A stretch of DNA of 64,000 bases, taken from assembly GCA_003141835.1 (NCBI GenBank), contig PLNR01000010.1:3768-67767 (forward strand), written 5' to 3'. The stretch is from Candidatus Omnitrophota bacterium. GTDB taxonomy: Bacteria > Omnitrophota > Gorgyraeia > Pluralincolimonadales > Pluralincolimonadaceae. The stretch's first letter is position 1. Each line of letters opens with the position of its first letter. The position numbers were made by a program, and so were the translations under genes. The notes under the pieces were generated by a model. That model made no database searches. It had not been told where the DNA came from and saw nothing but the letters and a program-made list of their open reading frames with translations. Below are positions 1-9,976 of this stretch, piece after piece.

Positions 1-1
1 A

Positions 2-331
2 TTCACCAACGATAAGCTTGCCGAGGAGTACAGGTATAAATCCGACAGCCCCTACCAGAATGCCGTGCTGCTGCCTTTCTACCTCCGCCGGGTCGACAAC
101 CTGAAAGTAGGATGGAGCATGGTCGTGCGCCTACAGGAAGTTTTTACCGTCACTTTGGTAGGCATCGAAGACGTGAAGGTGAACGATAATAAGATAACGG
201 CCTACCACTTCACCAGCAAGCCCGATAAGTTCGAGGTATGGATCAGCAAAGACAAGGACCGCCTGCCTGTCCTTATCAAGGGGACAGTCGGCTGCAGCAT
301 GTCGATGCAAAGTCACACAGCCGGACTGTGA
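2..331 (+). CDS. 5'-truncated CDS (C-terminal fragment of a hypothetical protein); the frame is open from the window edge
   Basis: The frame is open from position 2 to the stop at 331. The ORF track shows only the GTG-initiated part at 65..331. No recognisable motif. Confidence 0.35.
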   Translation, partial: FTNDKLAEEYRYKSDSPYQNAVLLPFYLRRVDNLKVGWSMVVRLQEVFTVTLVGIEDVKVNDNKITAYHFTSKPDKFEVWISKDKDRLPVLIKGTVGCSMSMQSHTAGL

Positions 332-344
332 AACGACCCCTAAT

Positions 345-388
345 CCCCAAAAATCCTTGATATAATAAGATATTATCCTTATAATAAC
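345..388 (+). promoter_or_regulatory. Promoter cassette copy 1: CCCCAAAAATCC-TTGATA-17bp-TATAAT; ATG at 397 lies 11 nt after the -10
   Basis: TTGATA at 357-362, 17-nt spacer TAATAAGATATTATCCT, TATAAT at 380-385. The same cassette recurs at 15438, 10802 and 26328. Confidence 0.6.
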
Positions 389-396
389 TATAAAAT

Positions 397-2094
397 ATGA
401 AAAGAATATCCGGTCTGTTGCTGTGGATGGTATTTGCGGTCAACGCCGCTAACGCCTGGGCCCTTCAAGACAAAGCCGATATTATCTACATAGGCGGCGA
501 TATCGTTACGATGAACGATGTCCAGCCTGCGGCTGAAGCAGTCGCGGTCAAAGACGGCAAGATCCTCTCCGTCGGCAAAAAGGCGGATATTTTAGCCCTT
601 AAAGACAGTTCCACTAAGATCGTCGACCTCGGGGGCAGGACAATGCTTCCGGGATTTATCGATGCCCACAGCCATTTGACCATGGCTTTTATCTATCTGC
701 AGGCGGCGAACGTCTCCCCGGTACCGATCGGCACAGTGACCGACATCCCCAGCCTTAAAAACATTATCAAGGATTTTATAGCCAAAAATAAGGTCCCCAA
801 AGGCGAATGGGTCCTCGCGTGGGGTTATGACAACTCCGCGCTCAAGGAAAACCGCCACATCACTTGTGAAGACCTTGATCCCGTCACTCCGGATAACCCG
901 ACAGTAGTCGTGCATTGTTCCGCCCATGGCGCGGTGATCAATTCGCTGGCGCTCGCGCAATGGGGGATCACCGACAAGACCCCGACGCCTCCCGGCGGGA
1001 CTATCGGGCGTTTTCCCGGGACGAACCGGCCGAACGGCCTGTTGATGGAAGCCGCATGGCTCCCGTGCGAAGGGAAATTGCCGCGGCCTTCGCCGGATAA
1101 ACTGCTGGGAATGATACCACAGGCGCAGCAATTGTACGCGCAAAACGGCTACACCACGGCCGCTGAAGGGGCCACAGGATATGATGATTACAAATTGCTC
1201 TTTGCCGCTGCCCAAAAAGGCCTTTTATACCTCGATATCCGTTCGTTGCCCGTTTATTGGGACCTGGATAAATTCGATGCTGACAAGAGCGTTGTCTTCG
1301 GCAAAGACTATAACCATTTGAAACTGGCCGGAGTGAAATTCCTGATAGACGGTTCGCCGCAAGGGCTTACGGCTTTGATGTCGAAGCCTTACCTGGTCCA
1401 GGGGCCGAACGGAGAGGCGAATTGGCACGGCCTGCAGTCTGTTACCACAGACGATTTTAACAAACTCGTCAAGAAGGTAGTCGACCGCGGCATCCCGGTC
1501 TATACGCATTGCAACGGGGACGCCTCCATCGACATCGTAATAGCCGGGCTAAAGGCCGCCGGGGTTACCGCAAGCCAGGACCGGCGAGACGTGGTCGTGC
1601 ATTCCCAGTTCATGCGTCCCGAACAATTGGATGAATACGTCAAGCTAGGTGTTTTTCCCTCGTTCTTCACCAACCACGCCTTTTACTGGGGTGACACGCA
1701 CATAAGGAATTTCGGAAAAGACCGCGCATTTTTCTTGAGCCCGATGAAAAGCGCGAAAGCCAAGGGCATTCGCTTCAGCAATCACACCGATTTCCTTGTC
1801 ACCCCGCTTAACCCGATGATGCCGCTTTGGACCGCGGTGGCGCGCAGATCGAAATCCGGTGTGATCGTCGGGCCGAATGAGCGTATCGGCGTGATGGATT
1901 CGCTCAAGGCGCTGACGATCAACGGGGCTTATCAATACCATGAAGAGAATATCAAGGGTTCGATCGAACCGGGTAAACTGGCCGACTTTGTCATCCTGGA
2001 CCGTAACCCGCTGAAAGTTAAGACCGGCGACCTGAAGGGGCTTAAGGTGACGGAGACGATCAAGGAAAGCCGGATGGTCTATAAACTTAATTAG
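397..2094 (+). CDS. Secreted metal-dependent amidohydrolase (Amidohydrolase_3 / YtcJ-like TIM-barrel hydrolase)
   Basis: N-terminal signal peptide. GFIDAHSHL metal-binding HxH motif. Length 565 aa and a C-terminal GxxADFxxLD motif typical of the Amidohydrolase_3 family. Confidence 0.8.
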   Translation: MKRISGLLLWMVFAVNAANAWALQDKADIIYIGGDIVTMNDVQPAAEAVAVKDGKILSVGKKADILALKDSSTKIVDLGGRTMLPGFIDAHSHLTMAFIYLQAANVSPVPIGTVTDIPSLKNIIKDFIAKNKVPKGEWVLAWGYDNSALKENRHITCEDLDPVTPDNPTVVVHCSAHGAVINSLALAQWGITDKTPTPPGGTIGRFPGTNRPNGLLMEAAWLPCEGKLPRPSPDKLLGMIPQAQQLYAQNGYTTAAEGATGYDDYKLLFAAAQKGLLYLDIRSLPVYWDLDKFDADKSVVFGKDYNHLKLAGVKFLIDGSPQGLTALMSKPYLVQGPNGEANWHGLQSVTTDDFNKLVKKVVDRGIPVYTHCNGDASIDIVIAGLKAAGVTASQDRRDVVVHSQFMRPEQLDEYVKLGVFPSFFTNHAFYWGDTHIRNFGKDRAFFLSPMKSAKAKGIRFSNHTDFLVTPLNPMMPLWTAVARRSKSGVIVGPNERIGVMDSLKALTINGAYQYHEENIKGSIEPGKLADFVILDRNPLKVKTGDLKGLKVTETIKESRMVYKLN

Positions 2095-2104
2095 AGAGGT
2101 TAAT

Positions 2105-4003
2105 ATGCCGAAGGCAAAGATTTCCATCGCTTTATTATCACTCTGTTTTTTTACGGCGCAGGCTTTTGCCCAGACTTTTTCATTGAGTTCTTTAGGAGAG
2201 GTGTTCGCGCCGCGGGATAAGACGACGGTCTATGTCGCGAAGAAGATAATAACGATGGAAGACAGTAAGCCGTCTGCCTCGGCGGTCGCGGTCACCGGGG
2301 ACCGAATAGTCGCTGTCGGCACCCTCGACGAGGTCAAGAACGCCCTGAACGGGCAGGATTTTACCGTAGATAACCGTTTTGCCGGCAAGGTGATCATGCC
2401 TGGGCTGATAGACCCCCACCTCCATGTCTTCCTGCTCGCGTTCCTCGCGCCGACGACCTTCATCACGCCTGACGATTGGGATTTCCCCTGGGCGCAGATA
2501 AAGGGGGTCACCGGCCATGACGCCTATATGAAAAAGCTGGTTGAGTCCGAAAAGGCGATGAAGGACAAAAAAGAATGGTTTATCACGTGGGGCTATCACC
2601 AGTATTTCCACGGCAAGATCTCGCGAAAGGACCTCGACGCGGTCTCAATGACCCGTCCGATCGTGGTCTGGCACCGTTCCTTCCATGAGATATATTTGAA
2701 CACCGCCGCGATCAACGCCATGAAGATCACTGACGAGAATATGAAAGGGCACGGCCATGCGAGCGAGCAGATAGACCTCCCGAACGGCCATTTTTGGGAA
2801 GCAGGGTTCATCTATCTCGGCAATAATTACCTTATGAAACACCTGGCCTCGCCGCTCCGTTTTTATAAGGGGCTGAAGATGTTCAAGGAATATGTCAGCG
2901 CAAGCGGGATGACCACTGTCGCCGATCCCGGCATAGAGCTCCCAAATTCCGCCATGGAGATGATAAGGCTGGTGCTCGATAATGACAATACGCCGTTCCG
3001 GAGCTGTTTGATCGCCAACGGCCAGACGATGTATGAGACTTACGGCGCGGCCAAAGCGCTGGAGGAGACGGAAAAACGCCTCCGGAAGAACGGCCATCGC
3101 GTTTATTACATGCCGAAACAGGTAAAATTTTATTGTGACGGCGCCGCTTTTTCGCAGAATATGCAGCTAAAGGACGGTTATACGGACGGCCATACCGGCT
3201 CCTGGATCCAGCCGCCGGATGAGATCGAGGCATGCACTAAACTGTACTGGGACGCGGGTTACCAGATCCGCGTACACGTCAACGGCGATGAGGGCAATGA
3301 CGTGCTCATCAACGACCTTGATAAATTGATGAAAGAGAACCCGCGCAAGGACCATCGTTTCACATTCGACCATTACTGCGTCTCCACGCCGGAACAGGCC
3401 AAGCAGATCGCCCAGCTCGGCGGGCTCGTCAGCGTCAATCCTTATTATGTATATGTGCTGAGCGACTTGTATTCCCAGTTCGGCCTGGGGCCGGAGCGGG
3501 GGCAATACATGGTGCGTTGCAATACTTTGCTTAAAAATAATATACCGTTATCCCTGCATTCCGATTGCACAATGGCGCCGGCAAGGCCGTTGACGCTGGC
3601 ATGGTGCGCGGTTAACCGCCTGACCATGTCCGGCAAGGTCGCGGGACCCGAAGAAAAGATCGGCGTGAATGACGCTCTCAAGGCCGTTACCATTAATGCT
3701 GCTTATGTCCTGCAGAAAGAAAAAGAGATCGGCAGCATCGCTCCGGGAAAGACCGCCGACTTTACTATCCTTGAGCAGGATCCCTTATCGGTAAAACCGG
3801 AACAATTAAAGGATATCGCCGTGTGGGGGAACATCTTTGAAGGGAAGGTCTACCGGAATAAATATAAAAGCAAGGTTTCTATGTACACGGGCAGGGAATC
3901 GGAAATATTAGGGAATGGACCGTCCGGTTTAAACAGCCGGGGCCATGACGATCTTTGCATGCTTAACCAGATCCTGCAAGAGTCAATGAGGAGGGGAGAA
4001 TGA
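2105..4003 (+). CDS. Secreted amidohydrolase, second paralog (Amidohydrolase_3 family)
   Basis: Signal peptide. GLIDPHLHV motif. C-terminal PGKTADFTIL motif. Paralogous to the upstream gene. RBS GAGAGG upstream. Confidence 0.8.
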   Translation: MPKAKISIALLSLCFFTAQAFAQTFSLSSLGEVFAPRDKTTVYVAKKIITMEDSKPSASAVAVTGDRIVAVGTLDEVKNALNGQDFTVDNRFAGKVIMPGLIDPHLHVFLLAFLAPTTFITPDDWDFPWAQIKGVTGHDAYMKKLVESEKAMKDKKEWFITWGYHQYFHGKISRKDLDAVSMTRPIVVWHRSFHEIYLNTAAINAMKITDENMKGHGHASEQIDLPNGHFWEAGFIYLGNNYLMKHLASPLRFYKGLKMFKEYVSASGMTTVADPGIELPNSAMEMIRLVLDNDNTPFRSCLIANGQTMYETYGAAKALEETEKRLRKNGHRVYYMPKQVKFYCDGAAFSQNMQLKDGYTDGHTGSWIQPPDEIEACTKLYWDAGYQIRVHVNGDEGNDVLINDLDKLMKENPRKDHRFTFDHYCVSTPEQAKQIAQLGGLVSVNPYYVYVLSDLYSQFGLGPERGQYMVRCNTLLKNNIPLSLHSDCTMAPARPLTLAWCAVNRLTMSGKVAGPEEKIGVNDALKAVTINAAYVLQKEKEIGSIAPGKTADFTILEQDPLSVKPEQLKDIAVWGNIFEGKVYRNKYKSKVSMYTGRESEILGNGPSGLNSRGHDDLCMLNQILQESMRRGE

Positions 4004-5058
4004 TCGCGTTGCGAAAGAGCATAATTTTTGCTTTGATTGTCTTCTGCGTTTGCCCGGCCGCATATGCCGCGAACATGGGCCATTACAGCCCCGATGACAA
4101 CGGTGTCAGGGATTACGTTATGCCGCATAAGAAGGGATTATCGGTAACCGTCGATAATACGTATTTCACCAGCAATACGTTCAAGGGGACGGACGGCGGC
4201 AAATTAAATTCACTCTCCGCTACGCGCACAGAGACAAAATACATAAAGCTCTTCGATAAAACGATACCCGTTACCCGCACCGAAAGCGCCACAGTCGACA
4301 TTGATTTCAACAATAATACTTTTTACCAGACATGGGACCTGACATACAAGCCCGACGTGAAATTGCTGGGCGCGGATTACGCTTTTTCCGTATCCCCTAC
4401 ATGGGGATACGCCATGTTTGAGGCAAAATTAAAGGCGGATGCGAGATGCACCGTTTCCATAGGCGACATAAGGAAAACCCTTACCGCCGCTATTTCGGAT
4501 ACTATCAAGGAAGAGAATACCGGTTTCGGCGACCTGTATGTCCAGCCGCTCTGGTTCGCCTGGCGCGGCAAGCATTATGACGCGGGCTTAAGTTACGGTT
4601 TCTACGCCCCGACCGGCCAGCATGACAAGAACGGCCTGGCGAACATCGGATACGGCTTCTGGACCCAGCAGGTCCAGGCGAACCTCTATTACTTCCCGTT
4701 CAAGAGCCAGGGTACCGCCTTGGTGCTCCGGCCTACCTATGAGTGGAACTCCGAGAGAATAGATGAAGATGTAACTCCGGGCCAGACCATCAGCATCGAA
4801 TACGGCGTGTCGCAGATCGTTTTTTCACAGGCAGAATTGGCCGTCCTCGGATATGAGCAGATCCAATTGTCCGGGGAAAAAGGGGACAACGTGACCGGCA
4901 AGCATCCGATAAGCGGCACCAGAGGAATAGGCGGCCAGATAAAGGGCTGGGTCGTGAAGGATAAGTGTTCCATAGCCGCCAAGTACAGTGCGGAATATGG
5001 CACGAAAATGAATTTTGAAGGCAGCTCCTGGTCGCTTAACCTGAGTTGGATCTTTTGA
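4000..5058 (+). CDS. Outer-membrane beta-barrel channel protein (MetA-pathway / phenol-degradation-like putative OM transporter family)
   Basis: Signal peptide ending AYA. Alternating amphipathic beta-strand pattern. C-terminal WIF with terminal Phe, typical of OM beta-barrels. ATGA start/stop overlap with the upstream amidohydrolase. Confidence 0.55.
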   Translation: MIALRKSIIFALIVFCVCPAAYAANMGHYSPDDNGVRDYVMPHKKGLSVTVDNTYFTSNTFKGTDGGKLNSLSATRTETKYIKLFDKTIPVTRTESATVDIDFNNNTFYQTWDLTYKPDVKLLGADYAFSVSPTWGYAMFEAKLKADARCTVSIGDIRKTLTAAISDTIKEENTGFGDLYVQPLWFAWRGKHYDAGLSYGFYAPTGQHDKNGLANIGYGFWTQQVQANLYYFPFKSQGTALVLRPTYEWNSERIDEDVTPGQTISIEYGVSQIVFSQAELAVLGYEQIQLSGEKGDNVTGKHPISGTRGIGGQIKGWVVKDKCSIAAKYSAEYGTKMNFEGSSWSLNLSWIF

Positions 5059-5149
5059 AGTAAGGGGACATGCCCCGTTAAACCCGGATTCCTTGATGCG
5101 CTTAAAAAAGGCTCGGGAAGGGATAAATAACCTGACTTTTATAGATTAC

Positions 5150-5178
5150 TTGCAAATCCGGACAGTATTTGGTATAAT
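5150..5178 (+). promoter_or_regulatory. Sigma70-like promoter TTGCAA-17-TATAAT upstream of the ABC-F gene
   Basis: TTGCAA 5150-5155, 17-nt spacer, TATAAT 5173-5178. Confidence 0.5.
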
Positions 5179-5212
5179 AACCTGACAAATAAAAAATCGG
5201 GTTAGTTAAATT

Positions 5213-5242
5213 CGGCCCTGTTTGATGACGGGGCCTTTTTTT
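5213..5242 (+). terminator. Short GC hairpin plus U7 tract inside the ABC-F leader (terminator/attenuator candidate)
   Basis: GGCCC...GGGCC 5-bp stem followed by TTTTTTT at 5236-5242. It lies downstream of the promoter and upstream of the ATG at 5268. Confidence 0.35.
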
Positions 5243-5267
5243 CTGCCGATATTAAGGATCCCAAAAG

Positions 5268-6860
5268 ATGATCTCAGCAAACGGTTTATCATTGCATTTT
5301 GGCTCGCGCAAACTTTTTTCCGGCGTTAATATAATTTTTTCGCCGGGGAATTGTTACGGGCTGATAGGGGCTAACGGCTCGGGGAAATCCACGTTCTTGA
5401 AGATACTCTCCGGTGAGATCGATTCCACGGCCGGCGAGGTGGCGGTAACTCCGGGCGAACGGATCGCGGTCTTAAAGCAGGACCAGTTCGCTTTTGACGG
5501 ATTCACGGCCCTGACCACCGTCATCATGGGCCATAAGAGGCTCTATGATATCATAGAGAAAAAGGAAGCGCTCCACGCAAAAAAGGATTTTACCGATAAG
5601 GACGGGATGGACCTTTCCGAGCTTGAGGCCGAGTTCTCGGTCCTGGACGGGTGGAACGCCGAATCCGACGCGGCAAAATTGTTAAGCGACCTTGGGATCG
5701 AGGAACAGTTCCAAGGGGTAAAGATGAAGGATTTGGAAGAGGGCCAGAAGGTGCGCGTGCTGCTGGCCCAGGCCTTGTTCGGCAACCCGGATATCCTTCT
5801 GCTCGACGAGCCCACGAACCACCTTGATATCGAGAATTGCATATGGCTTGAAGGGTTCCTGTCCAATTTCAAGAATACCGCTATCGTGGTCTCACACGAC
5901 CGCCATTTCCTGGATAAGGTCTGCACGCATATCGCGGACATCGATTACGGCAAGATCCAGCTCTATCCGGGCAATTTCAGTTTCTGGCTTGAGTCCAGCC
6001 AACTTATCCTCAGGCAGCGGATGGAGGCCAATAAAAAGATCGAGAAGAAGAGGGAGGAGCTGAAAAGTTTTATCGCCCGTTTCAGCGCCAACGCGTCCAA
6101 GGCAAAGCAGGCGACCAGCCGCAAGAAGATCCTGGAAAAACTTACCCTTGAGGACATCAAGCCTTCTTCGAGGAGGAGCCCGTATATAAATTTCGAACAG
6201 GCGCGCGAAGCAGGGAACAATGTCCTGGCTATCGACCGCTTATCCAGGTCGCTTAACGGCGAGCCCATGTTCAAGGGCCTTACATTTACGGTTGAGAAGG
6301 GCGATAAGATCGCTTTTGTCGGTTCCGATGACCTCGCTAATACGACCCTGTTCCAGGTGCTGGCCGGGGAGGCGCGGGCTGATAGCGGCAATTTCAAATG
6401 GGGCGCTTCGGTCAACCTGGCGTATTATCCAAAGGATAATACCAAATATTTTGACGTGGACTGCGACATTATCGAATGGCTCCTCCGGCAATCGAAGAGC
6501 ACCGACGTAAGTTTTGCGCGCGGATTTTTGGGCCGGATGCTTTTTTCCGGGGATGAATCCTTAAAACAGGTCAGGGTCTTATCCGGCGGCGAGCGGGTCA
6601 GGTGCATGCTGTCGCGCATGATGCTTGCCCAGCCGAATGTAATGATCCTGGACCAGCCGACCAACCATCTTGACCTGGAATCGATCGAAGCCCTGAACAA
6701 GGGCCTGGAGAAGTATGAAGGGACACTGCTGTTCGCTTCGCATGACCATCAGCTGATCCAGACCGTGGCTAACCGCATTGTCGAGATCACGCCAAACGGT
6801 TTTATAGACCGCCCCGGCATAACCTTTGATGAGTATTTATCCGCAGAGATCCTCGCCTGA
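5268..6860 (+). CDS. ABC-F family ATPase with two ABC domains and no TMD (YbiT/EttA-like translation factor)
   Basis: Two Walker A motifs (GANGSGKST, and a degenerate GSDDLANTT in the second domain). Two LSGGE signature motifs. Short inter-domain linker. 530 aa. Confidence 0.85.
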   Translation: MISANGLSLHFGSRKLFSGVNIIFSPGNCYGLIGANGSGKSTFLKILSGEIDSTAGEVAVTPGERIAVLKQDQFAFDGFTALTTVIMGHKRLYDIIEKKEALHAKKDFTDKDGMDLSELEAEFSVLDGWNAESDAAKLLSDLGIEEQFQGVKMKDLEEGQKVRVLLAQALFGNPDILLLDEPTNHLDIENCIWLEGFLSNFKNTAIVVSHDRHFLDKVCTHIADIDYGKIQLYPGNFSFWLESSQLILRQRMEANKKIEKKREELKSFIARFSANASKAKQATSRKKILEKLTLEDIKPSSRRSPYINFEQAREAGNNVLAIDRLSRSLNGEPMFKGLTFTVEKGDKIAFVGSDDLANTTLFQVLAGEARADSGNFKWGASVNLAYYPKDNTKYFDVDCDIIEWLLRQSKSTDVSFARGFLGRMLFSGDESLKQVRVLSGGERVRCMLSRMMLAQPNVMILDQPTNHLDLESIEALNKGLEKYEGTLLFASHDHQLIQTVANRIVEITPNGFIDRPGITFDEYLSAEILA

Positions 6861-6925
6861 CCCCATAGCCGTTGTTAATAATTTTGATTTATGGTAGAAT
6901 CAAAAAAATTGGAAGATATAAGGTT

Positions 6926-9900
6926 ATGAGAGCGCGTTATTTAAAATTTTTCAAATTTTCCGGCCTTTTTGTTTTTGTCCTGCTTTCACTTTTTAGCCCA
7001 CCCGCAGCTACAGCCGAAACCTTTGATCAGGCATGCGCTAATGCCCTGGCCAATATCAAGGCAGTATCGGGTTCCAACGCTTTCGTCCCCGATCCCAATG
7101 CCATCCCTGCCAGGGGCAACAAGGCGATCATTACGATACAGGGCACTCCGGCCTCTGAGAATCCTGCTTTCGGCCTTACATATAACAGTAATTTTGGCGG
7201 CGGCACGAACTATTTAGTGGTCAGGACATTGACTAATAACGGGTTTTATAACAATAGCAGCGGAAACCTGCGGAACGGGGTGGGAGACTACACCACTTTC
7301 AACGACGGGACCGGGATCCATAGCGCCTCGTGGATGACTACCGGCAATGAAATGACTAAGGTTATTGATGCCAGCCACACTCTCCCCGGTGATATAGTGA
7401 CGACTTTGGAGCGGTCGCTTGGTATTAATACCGACCCGGCAAAGGGCGGTAATTCGCATACCGCGATAGTGGAATACGGCGTGATCCCCGATCTCAATCA
7501 TTTGATCCGGCCTACCAACCTGCTTTTGATCAAGAGTTATTCTCCAGATCACGCCGATTACACATATAACACCCCTCTTTTTAACCCGGTGCAGCCCCCG
7601 CTCGCGGATATGGGCCAGGCTGTCTTTGATCACGCAAAGGCTTACCTTCAATACTGGCAAACCACTCAGTTGGATGCCGGTGTTTTTCCTTGGACCGAGC
7701 TGGGGTATACGTATTACTGGGGGCAGAGCGGCATAACCCTTAATGATATACAGGGTTCAAGCGAGTTCATCATTTTGGGCGGCACCAATGTTAAGATCAT
7801 CGGCATGTATTCGCCGCAATCTTATATGTATACCAAAAACAAGAATGGCGCCTTCAGCAGCGACGCAGACGCCGAATACGGCAACGGTTTCGGAAGTTTC
7901 AATGTAACGGATACCTGCGATACTATCTGGGCAGGCAATGCTTTCCAGAAGAATGCCGGCAATGACCCTAATAATCCTAACCAGATAATTTTAGCCGCCT
8001 TACCCGGCGTCCCGACTGTTTCAGGGGGGCAGGGGCTGCTGGTCTGGTCGACGAACTATACCGTTACCAATAACGGCACCATAAGCGGAGCGACCGTTAA
8101 CAAATTAAAAGATGCCACTGCCGGTGCAGGTAAGAATAATCCGGGGATGGACGGCACCGCAAATATCGCCGTACTTTTTTTAGGTAATACCAGTTACGGA
8201 GATCCAGGCGGCAAAAATATACTCATTAACTCAGGGGAGATCTCCAGCGATCCCGCCAACGCCAGTACTGCCGTAGAGGCTGATGCGGGAACCACCGAGA
8301 TAACCAATAATACCGGCGGAATAATTTCCGGATATAAATACGGCATCCATTTTTTGAGCGGCACCAACAGGATCACTAATATGGGGACCATTTCCGCGAC
8401 CGGACCCGCGGCAGGTAATCCCGCGGCGATCCGGATCGACGGAGGAACTACCGCTATCGACAGTACCGGCGGGACTATCAACGGGAATGTGGTCGTGGCA
8501 TCCGGGGCCTCGCTTGATGTCGGCGCGTCCACATTGAATGTTAACGGCAAGTATGTACAGGATAACAGCTCAACCCTCAAGGTGACCGTTGCCGACCCGT
8601 CCTCATCCGGTAAAATAATATCCAACACCGATACGACCGTATCCGCGGCGAGCAATGTCAATGTTACGGTTGCGAACAGTACCTTCATCCCGAATAATAC
8701 CACATTCACGGTAGTAGACGCTGCAGGCGCCGCCGACGTAAATGTACCCGGCATGATCGCGTCAAGCGACCCCCGCATCACGTTCTCAGGCGTAAGCTCA
8801 AACGGCGGCCTCATTTTAACAGCGAGCCGCGCAACGAGCGGTTTCTCCAGTTTAGGCACAAATTCCAATACCTCTGCCGTCGGCGGTGTCCTGGATAACA
8901 TCTCAAGCCCGTCAGGCGATATGACAACCGTCTTAAATACACTCGAAGGACTGAGTAATTCGCAAACAGAATCGGCCCTTGCCACTGTCGTCCCGATAGT
9001 AGACAGCGGAGTGACCAACGTCAGCAATACTACCATTAACCAGTTCATCGGGACCAGTACCGATAGGCTGGGAGGCCTCTTCGCCCAGGCGCAACAAGAG
9101 GAAGAGACAGGCGTCTCTACCGGCAGTAAGGAAAAAAGCGGTTTCGAGGCATGGGGCAGGGGATTCGGCGAAGCCGCCCACCAAGACCCCAGAGGCTTAA
9201 GTAACGGCTATACCGCCACCATCTGGGGGACAGCATTAGGCGGCGACTTCCCCATATTTAACGACAAGGTAAGGCTCGGCGCCAGCGGCGGTTATGCCTT
9301 TAGCGACGTCAACTCAAAGGATAACTCCGGAGCAACAGACATCAACAGCTACCAAGCTACATTCTACGGCGGATACATAAACCCCGAGAAGCCCTACTAC
9401 ATAAACGGTGCCTTCTCATTCGCCTATAATACCTACAAAGGCAAAAGAAACATCGATATAGGCACGATTAGAAGGATTGCCAGCTCAAGCTATAAGGGCC
9501 AGCAGTACTCTGTCTTATTTGACGGCGGATATACCTTTAAGACCAAGAACATAAACATAACGCCTATCGCATCATTACAGTACCTGCGCCTAAACCTCCA
9601 GATCTACACCGAGACAGGGGCAGATGCCCTCAACCTAAGTGTCAAAGGCCAAGGCTACAATCTATTGGAATCCGGCCTGGGCGCAAGGTTCGACCGTCCC
9701 TTTGAGGGCAGCTACGGCACCTTGATCCCCGAGGTGCACGTAAAGTGGTTCTACGATATCATAACCGACAAGCAGGCCGCCACTTCGACTTTCTCAGGCG
9801 GCGGCGGCTCATTCGCCACCAACGGTTTTAGTCCCGCGCGCAATGCCTTAAACGCCGGCGGGCGTCTTGCGCTGATAACGAAAGGCAACTGGAGCTTCGA

Positions 9901-9976
9901 TGCCAACTACGACTTCGAATACAAACAGGACTTTACCTCCCATACGGGTTGGGCTGATATCAGGTACAAGTTTTAG
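6926..9976 (+). CDS. Autotransporter: Gly/Thr/Asn-rich beta-helical passenger plus C-terminal autotransporter beta-barrel domain
   Basis: Signal peptide. Repetitive GTxxxxG beta-helix-like passenger. C-terminal roughly 280 aa with alternating aromatic strands ending RYKF. ATG 6926 with upstream GGAAGA is preferred over the TTG at 6872 used by the ORF track. Confidence 0.7.
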   Translation: MRARYLKFFKFSGLFVFVLLSLFSPPAATAETFDQACANALANIKAVSGSNAFVPDPNAIPARGNKAIITIQGTPASENPAFGLTYNSNFGGGTNYLVVRTLTNNGFYNNSSGNLRNGVGDYTTFNDGTGIHSASWMTTGNEMTKVIDASHTLPGDIVTTLERSLGINTDPAKGGNSHTAIVEYGVIPDLNHLIRPTNLLLIKSYSPDHADYTYNTPLFNPVQPPLADMGQAVFDHAKAYLQYWQTTQLDAGVFPWTELGYTYYWGQSGITLNDIQGSSEFIILGGTNVKIIGMYSPQSYMYTKNKNGAFSSDADAEYGNGFGSFNVTDTCDTIWAGNAFQKNAGNDPNNPNQIILAALPGVPTVSGGQGLLVWSTNYTVTNNGTISGATVNKLKDATAGAGKNNPGMDGTANIAVLFLGNTSYGDPGGKNILINSGEISSDPANASTAVEADAGTTEITNNTGGIISGYKYGIHFLSGTNRITNMGTISATGPAAGNPAAIRIDGGTTAIDSTGGTINGNVVVASGASLDVGASTLNVNGKYVQDNSSTLKVTVADPSSSGKIISNTDTTVSAASNVNVTVANSTFIPNNTTFTVVDAAGAADVNVPGMIASSDPRITFSGVSSNGGLILTASRATSGFSSLGTNSNTSAVGGVLDNISSPSGDMTTVLNTLEGLSNSQTESALATVVPIVDSGVTNVSNTTINQFIGTSTDRLGGLFAQAQQEEETGVSTGSKEKSGFEAWGRGFGEAAHQDPRGLSNGYTATIWGTALGGDFPIFNDKVRLGASGGYAFSDVNSKDNSGATDINSYQATFYGGYINPEKPYYINGAFSFAYNTYKGKRNIDIGTIRRIASSSYKGQQYSVLFDGGYTFKTKNINITPIASLQYLRLNLQIYTETGADALNLSVKGQGYNLLESGLGARFDRPFEGSYGTLIPEVHVKWFYDIITDKQAATSTFSGGGGSFATNGFSPARNALNAGGRLALITKGNWSFDANYDFEYKQDFTSHTGWADIRYKF

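Noticed and set aside
5225-5330. Possible leader peptide (uORF) in the ABC-F leader starting at ATG 5225
   Set aside because: It has no SD and is out of frame, and it overlaps the main start and runs about 60 nt into the ABC-F coding region. It does not resemble short arrest-peptide uORFs.
6872-6925. TTG-initiated N-terminal extension of the autotransporter used by the ORF track
   Set aside because: A downstream in-frame ATG at 6926 is preceded by a purine-rich RBS and immediately yields a canonical signal peptide. The extension adds non-signal residues.
8194-9048. 284-aa minus-strand ORF
   Set aside because: Lies entirely within the autotransporter passenger-coding region. Low-complexity Ala/Thr/Val translation typical of antisense frames.
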